Program-made: the position numbers and the translations under genes | Assembly (NCBI RefSeq): GCF_003334335.1 | Contig: NZ_QOWQ01000016.1 | DNA length: 64,000 nucleotides | Reading direction: 5' to 3' (one strand) | Source of the DNA: Escherichia coli | Lineage (GTDB): Bacteria; Pseudomonadota; Gammaproteobacteria; Enterobacterales; Enterobacteriaceae | Shown here: positions 1 through 10,565 of the stretch, piece after piece | Numbering within the stretch: the first letter of the stretch is position 1 | Layout of the letters: every line of letters starts with the position of its first letter | Notes under the pieces: generated by a model | The model's database searches: none | Told to the model about the DNA's origin: nothing | Seen by the model: the letters and a program-made list of their open reading frames with translations, nothing else

Positions 1-189
1 CCGTGGCGTTACTACAACGATCGCGATGTACGCACAATCGTTGAGCTGGGGAAAGCCATAGACTTCGATGCCAGAACGGCTATTCCATTCGAAGGTGAGC
101 GCCATAATGCACTTGATGACGCCCGTTACCAGGCAAAATACGTTTCAGCTATCTGGCAAAAACTGATCCCAAATCAGGCTGATTTTTAA
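1..189 (+). CDS. DnaQ/DEDDh-like 3'-5' exonuclease, C-terminal fragment (5' end outside window)
   Basis: Frame 1 is open from base 1 to TAA at 187-189; translation ends ...ERHNALDDARYQAKYVSAIWQKLIPNQADF, containing an Exo III-like H-x-A-x-x-D motif. Confidence 0.45.
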   Translation, partial: PWRYYNDRDVRTIVELGKAIDFDARTAIPFEGERHNALDDARYQAKYVSAIWQKLIPNQADF

Positions 190-253
190 TGTTCAACCCC
201 GGTCGTTGCCCACCAGCTATAGTGGCGGCGACCATGATTAGCGAACGACGCTC

Positions 254-502
254 ATGGCAAGACTTATTCTGCTCACTGAGTGGGCAAAAGAGGAATTCAG
301 TGAACCGGTCCCTACTCCGAGTACGTTAAGTAAATACGCTAAAGCCGGAATGATATTTCCTCTCCCCAAAAAAGTTGGAAGACGCTGGCGAGTGGATCCG
401 CAAGCTCGCTTTGTCGGAATGGTAAACAAGCCGGAGGTGATCGCCACAGATCACCCTGCTTTGAAGAGGATACTGGAAGATGGCGCGCCCGCGAAAATAT
501 AA
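254..502 (+). CDS. Excisionase-like protein (Xis family)
   Basis: 82-aa ORF immediately upstream of int, overlapping its start by 23 nt as in lambda xis-int; sequence pattern resembles lambda Xis. Exact start uncertain. Confidence 0.5.
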   Translation: MARLILLTEWAKEEFSEPVPTPSTLSKYAKAGMIFPLPKKVGRRWRVDPQARFVGMVNKPEVIATDHPALKRILEDGAPAKI

Positions 503-1610
503 AACCGATGTTCCGGGATTATCTCCGTATTTTGACAAAAGAAATAACAAAGTTTACTGGCGTTACAGGCATCCCATAACAGGCAAAAATCACGGTCTCG
601 GCAGTATTGACCAGAAACTGGCAGAAACTATTGCAGCAGAAGCGAACAGCCGTCTTGCCCGGCAGCAAATGGAACAAATGCTCAGTCTGCAGGAGAAAAT
701 TATTAGTGATACCGGTGGTTCATCAACCGTTACCATTTTTCTGAATAATTACAGAAAAATTCAACAGGAAAGATATGAAAACGGCGAGATCAAACTCAAC
801 ACGCTGAAACAGAAAGCGGCCCCTCTCAGGGTATTTGATGAACGTTTTGGCACCAGACCGTTAGATGCCATAACCGTAAAAGATGTGGTATCAGTACTGG
901 AAGAGTACAAGGCCAGAGGACATAACAGAATGGGACAAATTTTCAGGAAGGTACTGATCGATGTTTTCCGGGAAGCTCAGCAAACGGGCGATGTCCCGCC
1001 AGGCTTTAACCCTGCAGAATCGGCAAAAAAACCGCAGGTGCGGATATCAAGACAGCGACTGACTTTTGATGAGTGGATGATGATTTATAACGCAGCGGAA
1101 AAGGATGGTTACTTTTTACAGCGCGGTATGCTGCTGGCACTGATGACAGGCCAGCGCCTTTCAGATATTTGCAAAATGCAATTTTCGGATATCCGGGATG
1201 GTTATCTTCATGTCGAACAGCAAAAAACAGGAACCCGGATTGCCATCCCTCTGGCTCTGCGTTGCGATAAATTAAATCTCACCCTGGATGATGTGGTGTC
1301 ATCCTGCCGCGATTGCGTTCTTAGTCCGTGGCTATTGCACCACCATCACGCGAAAGGGACAGCTAAGCGCGGCGGGATGGTTAAGCCAGCAACATTAACC
1401 GTTGCATTTAAAAAAGCCCGGGATTCTGTGGATTACAACTGGCGTGCTAATGGCACCCCACCCTCTTTCCATGAGCAGAGATCTTTATCAGAGCGATTGT
1501 TCAGAGAGCAGGGGGTTGATACCAAAATTTTGCTAGGCCATTCGAATCAAAAAATGACCGATATTTACAACGATGTACGCGGTAAGGAGTGGAAAAAACT
1601 GGTCATTTGA
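480..1610 (+). CDS. Lambda-family tyrosine integrase
   Basis: 376 aa; clear similarity to lambda Int, e.g. GQRLSDICKMQFSDIRDGYLHVEQQKTGTRIAIP and C-terminal PPSFHEQRSLSERL...LLGHSNQKMTDIYNDVRGKEWKKL with the catalytic Tyr context. Confidence 0.9.
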   Translation: MARPRKYKTDVPGLSPYFDKRNNKVYWRYRHPITGKNHGLGSIDQKLAETIAAEANSRLARQQMEQMLSLQEKIISDTGGSSTVTIFLNNYRKIQQERYENGEIKLNTLKQKAAPLRVFDERFGTRPLDAITVKDVVSVLEEYKARGHNRMGQIFRKVLIDVFREAQQTGDVPPGFNPAESAKKPQVRISRQRLTFDEWMMIYNAAEKDGYFLQRGMLLALMTGQRLSDICKMQFSDIRDGYLHVEQQKTGTRIAIPLALRCDKLNLTLDDVVSSCRDCVLSPWLLHHHHAKGTAKRGGMVKPATLTVAFKKARDSVDYNWRANGTPPSFHEQRSLSERLFREQGVDTKILLGHSNQKMTDIYNDVRGKEWKKLVI

Positions 1611-1616
1611 TGACCA

Positions 1617-1650
1617 GTTTTGCAGAAGAGTTTTGCAGAGGTTTTGCAGA
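1617..1650 (+). repeat. Three direct copies of GTTTTGCAGA (1617-1626, 1630-1639, 1641-1650) between int stop and ompW stop; candidate Int arm-type sites
   Basis: Repeats read directly in the sequence; their function as arm-type sites is inference from their position next to int. Confidence 0.4.
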
Positions 1651-1655
1651 GAAAA

Positions 1656-2309
1656 TTAAAAACGATATCCTGCCGAGAACATAAACACCCACGGGTCAAG
1701 GCGTACATTGTCGCTATAACTGCCTTTAGCCAGTTTACGACCATCAGATTTATACTTCGCGGTGGTATCGATATCCATGTACCACACTGACATGTTAACC
1801 AACCAGTCACGGTTAATCAGATAATCAACCCCCACCTGCCCGGCAGCTCCCCAGGAATCTTTCAGACTGAGATCGGAAAGCCCTGCCTCTTTGCCATGAT
1901 CGTTAAATCCATTATCAAAGAAGGTGGTGTAGTTAATACCTGCCCCAACGTAAGGACGGAATTTGCTGCTGGCATCACCAAAATACCACTGCGCCATCAG
2001 TGTTGGTGGCAGATGATGAACGGTTGCAATATCGCCGGTCGCCCGGGTGCCGATTTTATGGCGGAACGGCGTCGCTGCCAGTAATTCCACACCAATGTTG
2101 TCGGTCGCCATATAAGTAAACGTAAGGCCCAGTTGCGTGTTATTGGTCACGCTGAATCCACCCAGACTTCCTAACGTACCACCAGCACCTTCTGTTGGAC
2201 GTACGGTTGCAGAACCTGCACGCATAAAAAATTCGCCTGCTTCATGCGCAAAGGCACTGCCAGAGAGAAGAGTTGTTACTGCCAAAGCCGCCACTGTTAA
2301 CTTTTTCAT
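1656..2309 (-). CDS. ompW: Outer membrane protein W
   Basis: 217 aa starting MKKLTVAALAVTTLLSGSAFA (signal peptide) and ending RLDPWVFMFSAGYRF; residues 185-201 differ from the K-12 allele as recalled. Confidence 0.9.
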   Translation of the reverse strand: MKKLTVAALAVTTLLSGSAFAHEAGEFFMRAGSATVRPTEGAGGTLGSLGGFSVTNNTQLGLTFTYMATDNIGVELLAATPFRHKIGTRATGDIATVHHLPPTLMAQWYFGDASSKFRPYVGAGINYTTFFDNGFNDHGKEAGLSDLSLKDSWGAAGQVGVDYLINRDWLVNMSVWYMDIDTTAKYKSDGRKLAKGSYSDNVRLDPWVFMFSAGYRF

Positions 2310-2458
2310 ATCCGCTCCGTCGTTATGGTTATAAAAACGTGACGAATATACCTACATTGGAGTAACAAATGATCCTACATAGATCACATTACATATGATA
2401 ATTCACCCTTTATTGATCTGGATTAATTTAGAAGTTGCATTGAGAATCCTGGTTAATG

Positions 2459-2472
2459 TGATTTAAATCAAT
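2459..2472. promoter_or_regulatory. FNR-box-like site (GTGATttaaATCAA) upstream of ompW
   Basis: One mismatch to TTGAT-N4-ATCAA; ompW is known to be anaerobically regulated. A second weaker match lies at 2413-2426. Confidence 0.3.
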
Positions 2473-2665
2473 TTTTAAATATTTTCGCTACGCAAATATT
2501 AACTCGGTCGCCACTTGCCGCGATTTGCCCATGCCTGAAGGCCAGCAATTACCTCCGCTTTACAAAGATATGCTTTTCCATACAAGACCTGATGCTGCCA
2601 CCCGAGGCTTAACCAGGGTACAATTGCCCGCTAATTAACACCTGCATAAAACTCAAGGAGAGTGC

Positions 2666-3409
2666 ATGTCTATCACGGCGCAGTCCGTATACCGTGACAC
2701 CGGAAATTTCTTCCGTAATCAATTTATGACCATTCTGTTGGTATCGTTGCTATGTGCGTTTATCACAGTGGTGTTAGGGCATGTTTTCTCACCCAGTGAT
2801 GCACAGCTTGCGCAGCTCAATGACGGCGTGCCCGTTAGCGGCAGTAGTGGGTTGTTCGACCTGGTTCAGAATATGTCACCGGAACAGCAACAAATTTTGC
2901 TGCAGGCTTCAGCGGCGTCCACTTTTTCAGGATTAATCGGTAACGCCATTCTCGCCGGAGGCGTAATATTAATTATCCAGCTGGTGTCTGCGGGTCAGAG
3001 AGTCAGTGCGCTGCGAGCTATTGGTGCCAGTGCGCCGATATTGCCAAAGTTATTTATTCTGATTTTTCTGACTACCCTTTTAGTACAGATTGGCATCATG
3101 CTGGTGGTCGTTCCGGGAATTATCATGGCCATTTTACTGGCCCTGGCACCGGTGATGTTGGTACAGGACAAAATGGGCGTTTTTGCCTCGATGCGTAGCA
3201 GTATGCGGCTGACTTGGGCGAATATGCGTCTGGTGGCACCCGCAGTACTGAGCTGGTTGCTGGCAAAAACACTGTTGCTGCTTTTTGCCTCTTCTTTTGC
3301 CGCATTAACCCCGGAAATTGGTGCCGTACTGGCGAACACCTTGAGCAACCTGATTTCAGCCATATTGCTCATCTATCTGTTCCGCCTGTATATGTTGATT
3401 CGCCAATAA
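2666..3409 (+). CDS. yciC: UPF0259 inner membrane protein YciC
   Basis: 247 aa, hydrophobic; N-terminus [16 protein letters not shown] matches YciC; conserved position next to yciB. Confidence 0.9.
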
Positions 3410-3438
3410 CCTTAAGCATTTGATTACGGAATCGTAAA

Positions 3439-3978
3439 ATGAAGCAGTTTCTTGATTTTTTACCGCTGGTTGTCTTTTTCGCGTTTTACAAGATTTATGA
3501 CATCTATGCGGCTACTGCGGCGCTGATCGTCGCCACGGCGATTGTGCTTATCTATAGCTGGGTTCGCTTTCGTAAGGTTGAGAAGATGGCCCTGATCACT
3601 TTTGTTCTGGTGGTCGTCTTCGGTGGCTTGACGCTGTTCTTCCACAATGATGAGTTTATTAAATGGAAGGTTACAGTCATTTATGCTCTATTTGCGGGAG
3701 CCCTGTTAGTCAGCCAATGGGTGATGAAAAAGCCGCTAATTCAGCGGATGCTGGGTAAAGAACTCACGCTGCCGCAACCGGTATGGTCGAAGCTGAATCT
3801 GGCCTGGGCTGTTTTCTTTATCCTTTGCGGTCTGGCAAACATCTACATCGCATTCTGGCTGCCGCAAAATATTTGGGTCAACTTTAAAGTCTTTGGCCTG
3901 ACCGCCCTTACCTTAATCTTCACATTGTTAAGCGGTATCTATATCTACCGCCACATGCCGCAGGAAGATAAATCCTAA
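3439..3978 (+). CDS. yciB: Inner membrane protein YciB (intracellular septation protein A)
   Basis: 179 aa multi-pass membrane protein starting [18 protein letters not shown]; synteny. Confidence 0.9.
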   Translation: MKQFLDFLPLVVFFAFYKIYDIYAATAALIVATAIVLIYSWVRFRKVEKMALITFVLVVVFGGLTLFFHNDEFIKWKVTVIYALFAGALLVSQWVMKKPLIQRMLGKELTLPQPVWSKLNLAWAVFFILCGLANIYIAFWLPQNIWVNFKVFGLTALTLIFTLLSGIYIYRHMPQEDKS

Positions 3979-4082
3979 CCAGACTGCCAGTCCTTCGGGG
4001 CTGGCGCTGTATCTCCTCTGTTCTCCTCAGGAAAATCATAGTAGCATCGCGCCTGTGATTTTCCTTTTAAGTCGGTTTTACC

Positions 4083-4481
4083 ATGTCTACAACACATAAC
4101 GTCCCTCAGGGCGATCTTGTTTTACGTACTTTAGCCATGCCCGCCGATACCAATGCCAATGGTGACATCTTTGGTGGTTGGTTAATGTCACAAATGGATA
4201 TTGGCGGCGCTATTCTGGCAAAAGAAATTGCCCACGGTCGCGTAGTGACTGTGCGGGTTGAAGGAATGACTTTCTTACGGCCGGTTGCGGTCGGCGATGT
4301 GGTGTGCTGCTATGCACGCTGTGTCCAGAAAGGGACGACATCGGTCAGCATTAATATTGAAGTGTGGGTGAAAAAAGTAGCGTCTGAACCAATTGGGCAA
4401 CGCTATAAAGCGACAGAAGCATTATTTAAGTATGTCGCGGTTGATCCTGAAGGAAAACCTCGCGCCTTACCTGTTGAGTAA
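4083..4481 (+). CDS. yciA: Acyl-CoA thioesterase YciA
   Basis: 132 aa starting MSTTHNVPQGDLVLRTLAMPADTNANGDIFGGWLM (hotdog-fold thioesterase); synteny. Confidence 0.9.
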   Translation: MSTTHNVPQGDLVLRTLAMPADTNANGDIFGGWLMSQMDIGGAILAKEIAHGRVVTVRVEGMTFLRPVAVGDVVCCYARCVQKGTTSVSINIEVWVKKVASEPIGQRYKATEALFKYVAVDPEGKPRALPVE

Positions 4482-4485
4482 TAGT

Positions 4486-4511
4486 CAAAAGCCTCCGGTC
4501 GGAGGCTTTTG
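4486..4511. terminator. Bidirectional rho-independent terminator between yciA and tonB
   Basis: Perfect hairpin CAAAAGCCTCCGGTCGGAGGCTTTTG with A/T runs on both sides, between convergent genes. Confidence 0.65.
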
Positions 4512-4520
4512 ACTTTCTGC

Positions 4521-5240
4521 TTACTGAATTTCGGTGGTGCCGTTAATTTTAAACAGGATATTCACCACAATCCCACTGCCTGGCTTACCCGGCTCATAAC
4601 GCCATCTGCGCATCGCATTTTTCACCTCACGCTCAAACATGTTCGCAGGCTTGGCTGAGAGGATTTGTACGTTATCCACGCGACCATCCGGCGTAACGTC
4701 AAATTTAACTTTAACCTGCCCTTCAATGCGCAATGCCTGTGCTCGTGCCGGATACTGCGGCTGATTACGGCTTAATGCGCGTGGTCCTGAAGCCACACTG
4801 GTAACCGGCTTGCTGGTTGCAGCCGTTGCTGTACTTGATGTCAGGCGTGCCGGTGCCGTATTTTCAAACGGTGATGCCGGACGCGACTCTACGGGTTTGA
4901 CATCGCGTTTTGGCTGCTCCTGTACCTTTTTCACCGGCTTCGGTTTTGGCTTAGGTTTCGGCTTCGGCTTTTCAATGACCACCGGTGCTTCTTTTGGCGG
5001 TTCGGGGATCGGCTCAGGTTCCGGTTCTGGCTCTACCACCGGCTCCGGTGGCGGCTGAACGGCTTGTGGCGGTTCGAGATCAGCAGGCGTAACCATCGTG
5101 ACAGAAATCGGCTGCGCAGGCGCAGGTAGTTCAATAACCTGATGTACCGAGGTATAGAGCAGACCCGCCACAACAGCACCATGAATGCAGACCGAAAGTA
5201 ACGTCGGCCAGGGGAAGCGGCGAGGTAAATCAAGGGTCAT
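4521..5240 (-). CDS. tonB: Energy transducer TonB
   Basis: 239 aa from MTLDLPRRFPWPTLLSVCIHGAVVAG with (EP)n/(KP)n spacer and C-terminal domain; the ORF-track start at 5291 is an upstream extension. Confidence 0.95.
   Translation of the reverse strand: MTLDLPRRFPWPTLLSVCIHGAVVAGLLYTSVHQVIELPAPAQPISVTMVTPADLEPPQAVQPPPEPVVEPEPEPEPIPEPPKEAPVVIEKPKPKPKPKPKPVKKVQEQPKRDVKPVESRPASPFENTAPARLTSSTATAATSKPVTSVASGPRALSRNQPQYPARAQALRIEGQVKVKFDVTPDGRVDNVQILSAKPANMFEREVKNAMRRWRYEPGKPGSGIVVNILFKINGTTEIQ
4929..5045 (-). repeat. Proline-rich (Glu-Pro)n/(Lys-Pro)n coding repeat inside tonB
   Basis: Encodes EPVVEPEPEPEPIPEPPKEAPVVIEKPKPKPKPKPKP; low-complexity periodic nucleotide sequence. Confidence 0.7.
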
Positions 5241-5330
5241 TGAAGTCATAATCATTTCAGTAGAAAAACCAGGTCTCGATTTTAAATGCAAATAGCAATC
5301 ATATTCAATAAGGCAAGACGATCAGGATCA
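5241..5330 (-). promoter_or_regulatory. tonB promoter region with Fur-box-like sequences
   Basis: Reverse complement reads ...TTGAATATGATTGCTATTTGCATTTAAAATCGAGACC...TGAAATGATTATGACTTCAATG, the classical tonB promoter with GATAAT/ATGATT-type Fur half-sites. Confidence 0.45.
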
Positions 5331-5463
5331 GTGAAAATGTCATTTTTGGCGTAATTACCCTTACTTTATGCATGGCCTTAACAAAGACATCATCTTTCCG
5401 TTGCAGATCTTCGCCCTTTCAAATAACGTACTTTACAACTTTCCCGAACAAGGAGTTGTGCCC

Positions 5464-5760
5464 GTGTTGTATGTTATTTACGCTCAAGACAAAGCTGATA
5501 GCCTCGAAAAACGCCTTTCCGTTCGTCCGGCACATTTAGCACGTTTACAGTTACTGCATGATGAAGGTCGTTTGTTGACAGCTGGTCCAATGCCAGCGGT
5601 AGACAGTAACGATCCAGGGGCTGCGGGATTTACTGGCTCAACCGTTATTGCTGAATTTGAATCGCTGGAAGCAGCTCAGGCCTGGGCCGATGCTGACCCG
5701 TACGTAGCGGCAGGAGTCTATGAACACGTTTCAGTGAAACCATTTAAGAAAGTGTTCTGA
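5464..5760 (+). CDS. yciI: YciI-like protein
   Basis: 98 aa from a GTG start ([25 protein letters not shown]...); ORF-track start at 5368 is an extension. Confidence 0.8.
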
Positions 5761-5781
5761 ATAGAGATTCAATATTTAAGG

Positions 5782-5810
5782 GCACGGTTTTTGCAACCGT
5801 GTTCTTGTTT
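5782..5810 (+). terminator. Candidate rho-independent terminator after yciI
   Basis: Hairpin CACGGTT-tttgc-AACCGTG followed by TTCTTGTTT. Confidence 0.4.
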
Positions 5811-6059
5811 GGCCTTTCCTTATAGCCGGTCAGTGCATTCACCACCACAAGCAGATAATAACTTTATCTGTATTTCTTTATATGATGTGAGCATATTCAG
5901 GAAAAATGACCTTTCCTGAGGTACAGTTGCTCGCTCAAATCCTTTGATTACTGCGGATAAAGTCATCTACTATTGTTTAACACATTCACGCGCTGCATGT
6001 ATGTTCAGAAAATGTGCACGCTAAGATAATTAAACAAAATTGTGGTTACAGAGGTATCA

Positions 6060-7313
6060 GTGAGTCACTGGGCTACATTCAAACAAACAGCAACAAATTT
6101 ATGGGTGACCCTTCGGCACGACATTCTCGCGCTGGCCGTCTTTTTAAATGGATTGCTTATTTTTAAAACAATCTATGGTATGTCGGTCAATTTGCTTGAT
6201 ATTTTCCATATCAAAGCATTTTCAGAGTTGGATCTCTCCTTGCTGGCAAACGCCCCACTCTTTATGCTCGGCGTCTTTCTTGTCCTGAACTCCATTGGCT
6301 TACTGTTCCGGGCAAAGCTCGCATGGGCAATCAGTATCATTTTGTTGTTGATAGCGCTAATTTACACCCTGCATTTTTATCCCTGGCTGAAATTTAGTAT
6401 TGGATTTTGCATTTTTACGCTGGTGTTTTTGCTGATACTGCGCAAAGACTTCTCCCACAGTAGCGCCGCAGCCGGGACAATTTTTGCATTTATTAGTTTC
6501 ACGACATTACTGTTTTACTCAACCTACGGTGCGCTTTATTTAAGCGAAGGTTTTAATCCGCGAATAGAAAGTTTGATGACCGCGTTCTATTTTTCGATAG
6601 AAACCATGTCAACCGTCGGCTATGGCGATATTGTCCCTGTTTCTGAATCAGCACGATTGTTCACTATTTCGGTCATTATTTCCGGCATTACCGTTTTTGC
6701 CACATCTATGACCTCAATTTTTGGTCCGCTTATCCGCGGGGGATTCAACAAACTTGTAAAAGGAAACAATCATACAATGCATCGTAAAGATCATTTTATT
6801 GTTTGCGGACATTCGATTCTCGCCATCAATACGATCCTGCAACTGAATCAACGCGGACAAAACGTAACGGTTATCAGCAACTTGCCTGAAGATGATATCA
6901 AGCAACTTGAGCAACGCTTAGGCGATAATGCTGATGTTATCCCCGGTGACAGTAATGACAGTTCTGTATTAAAGAAAGCGGGAATCGATCGTTGCCGGGC
7001 CATTCTGGCGCTGAGTGATAACGATGCAGATAACGCGTTTGTTGTACTCTCGGCAAAAGATATGAGCAGTGATGTCAAAACAGTTCTCGCCGTCAGTGAT
7101 AGCAAAAACCTGAATAAGATTAAGATGGTACATCCGGATATCATTCTCTCACCGCAACTGTTTGGCAGCGAAATTCTGGCGCGAGTTTTAAATGGTGAAG
7201 AGATTAATAATGATATGCTCGTTTCAATGTTGTTGAACTCAGGTCATGGTATTTTCAGCGATAACGATGAACTAGAAACGAAAGCTGACAGTAAAGAATC
7301 GGCGCAAAAATAG
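6060..7313 (+). CDS. kch: Voltage-gated potassium channel Kch
   Basis: 417 aa from a GTG start (MSHWATFKQTATNLWV...); contains the K+ selectivity filter TVGYGD and a C-terminal RCK/TrkA-like domain. Confidence 0.9.
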   Translation: MSHWATFKQTATNLWVTLRHDILALAVFLNGLLIFKTIYGMSVNLLDIFHIKAFSELDLSLLANAPLFMLGVFLVLNSIGLLFRAKLAWAISIILLLIALIYTLHFYPWLKFSIGFCIFTLVFLLILRKDFSHSSAAAGTIFAFISFTTLLFYSTYGALYLSEGFNPRIESLMTAFYFSIETMSTVGYGDIVPVSESARLFTISVIISGITVFATSMTSIFGPLIRGGFNKLVKGNNHTMHRKDHFIVCGHSILAINTILQLNQRGQNVTVISNLPEDDIKQLEQRLGDNADVIPGDSNDSSVLKKAGIDRCRAILALSDNDADNAFVVLSAKDMSSDVKTVLAVSDSKNLNKIKMVHPDIILSPQLFGSEILARVLNGEEINNDMLVSMLLNSGHGIFSDNDELETKADSKESAQK

Positions 7314-7367
7314 AGTTTAAAGACGGAAGAGTAAACTTATTGGGCACCGCAATGGTGCCCAGTACAT

Positions 7368-7541
7368 TTAGATATTGTAGATCGCAAACAATAACGAGTT
7401 ACGCTGTTTGTTTAGAATGCACTTCCTGATGCTGTGGATACGCATATTTCGGCGCGATTGCCCCTCAAGCCAACGCGATTTACGTCGGCTAGCCTGACGC
7501 TGCATGCGCCAGCGCCCCACTTCCGTTCTACTCCGCTTCAT
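7368..7541 (-). CDS. yciY: Small basic protein, possibly YciY
   Basis: 57-aa Arg/Lys-rich ORF MKRSRTEVGRWRMQRQASRRK... between kch and clsA; identification is from memory of the K-12 small-protein annotation, and coding is not otherwise supported. Confidence 0.3.
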   Translation of the reverse strand: MKRSRTEVGRWRMQRQASRRKSRWLEGQSRRNMRIHSIRKCILNKQRNSLLFAIYNI

Positions 7542-7683
7542 GTTAACTACTCTATGCAATAACAGAATGGTCATTATACCCCCACCCCCGACGCTGACCA
7601 GTGCTTTTCCCGCGTTTTTATTTGCCAGATGAATCCATATGCGTAAACTCATAACAATGCGCTTTCAAAAGGATTTCTAATCT

Positions 7684-9508
<1,825 letters not shown>

Positions 9509-9560
9509 ATAATCGCTTTTAGCGTGAAAAAGGGCTGACAACTGTCAGCCCTTATTGTTT

Positions 9561-10565
9561 TTAAAGCGGATCGACTTTCAGGCAAGAAACGGCGTGTCTG
9601 AAACTCCCCTCCAGAACAGGACGTGTTTTGGCGCACTCTGGACCGGCAATCGGGCAACGGGTACGGAAAACACAACCGGAAGGCGGGTTGATCGGCGACG
9701 GTAATTCCCCTTCCAGTAACTGGATGGTTTTGTTCTTCTCCAGATCCGGATCAGGTATGGGGACTGCCGACATCAATGCCCTGGTGTAAGGATGTAGTGG
9801 ATTGTGGTAGACCTCATCATAGGTCCCCAGTTCTACCGCATGGCCGAGATACATCACCAACACACGATCGGAAATGTGTTTTACCACGGCCAGGTCATGA
9901 GCGATAAAAATTAATGACAATCCCATCTCACGTTGCAATTGCTGGAGCAGGTTGACCACCTGTGCCTGAATTGACACGTCCAGCGCCGACACCGGCTCAT
10001 CACAGATAATCAGCTTCGGTTCAAGAATAAGAGCACGCGCAATCCCGATACGCTGGCACTGCCCACCAGAGAACTCATGCGGATAGCGGTTAATCAGGTT
10101 AGGCAATAACCCGACTTTCAGCATCATCGCCTTCACGCGCTCGCGAACTTCCTGGCGTGACATTTTCGGATGATAAGTACGCAGTGGTTCAGCGATGATC
10201 TCGCCGATGGTCATACGCGGGTTTAGCGATGCCAACGGATCCTGGAAAATCATCTGAATATCACTGCGAACGGCACGCCATTCATCGGGTTTCATGCCCA
10301 GCAACTCTTTACCTAACCAGGCAACATGACCGTCGGTCGCCTTGACCAAACCGATGATGGCGCGAGCAAAGGTGGACTTACCGCATCCCGATTCCCCTAC
10401 CACACCTAATGTTTCCCCTTCATACAGGCGAAGAGTGACACCATCGACGGCTTTGAGCGTTTTCGGCGGTTGCCAGAACCACTGTTTGCCATCTTTGATT
10501 TCAAAGTGCACTTTAAGATCGGCGATTTCAAGGAGGACTTTTCTTCCTTCAGTTACAGCATTCAT
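9561..10565 (-). CDS. oppF: Oligopeptide ABC transporter ATP-binding protein OppF
   Basis: 334 aa; Walker A GESGCGKST, ABC signature, oligopeptide C-terminal domain; opp operon synteny. Confidence 0.95.
   Translation of the reverse strand: MNAVTEGRKVLLEIADLKVHFEIKDGKQWFWQPPKTLKAVDGVTLRLYEGETLGVVGESGCGKSTFARAIIGLVKATDGHVAWLGKELLGMKPDEWRAVRSDIQMIFQDPLASLNPRMTIGEIIAEPLRTYHPKMSRQEVRERVKAMMLKVGLLPNLINRYPHEFSGGQCQRIGIARALILEPKLIICDEPVSALDVSIQAQVVNLLQQLQREMGLSLIFIAHDLAVVKHISDRVLVMYLGHAVELGTYDEVYHNPLHPYTRALMSAVPIPDPDLEKNKTIQLLEGELPSPINPPSGCVFRTRCPIAGPECAKTRPVLEGSFRHAVSCLKVDPL

Larger units (their letters stand above)
1..1655 (+). mobile_element. Integrase-proximal end of an integrated lambdoid prophage (exo fragment, xis, int); element continues beyond the window start
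   Basis: Lambda-like order: exonuclease 3' fragment, overlapping xis-int pair, then host ompW 46 bp after the int stop. Boundary near ompW is inferred, not mapped. Confidence 0.7.

Noticed and set aside
4810-5058. 82-aa Gly/Ser-rich plus-strand ORF
   Set aside because: Antisense to the tonB proline-rich repeat; the low-complexity product is a mirror of the (EP)n/(KP)n coding repeat.
7338-7362. Possible terminator hairpin after kch (TTGGGCACCGCAATGGTGCCCAG)
   Set aside because: Good stem but no following U-run on the plus strand; may be a terminator for the opposite strand or a structured 3' end.
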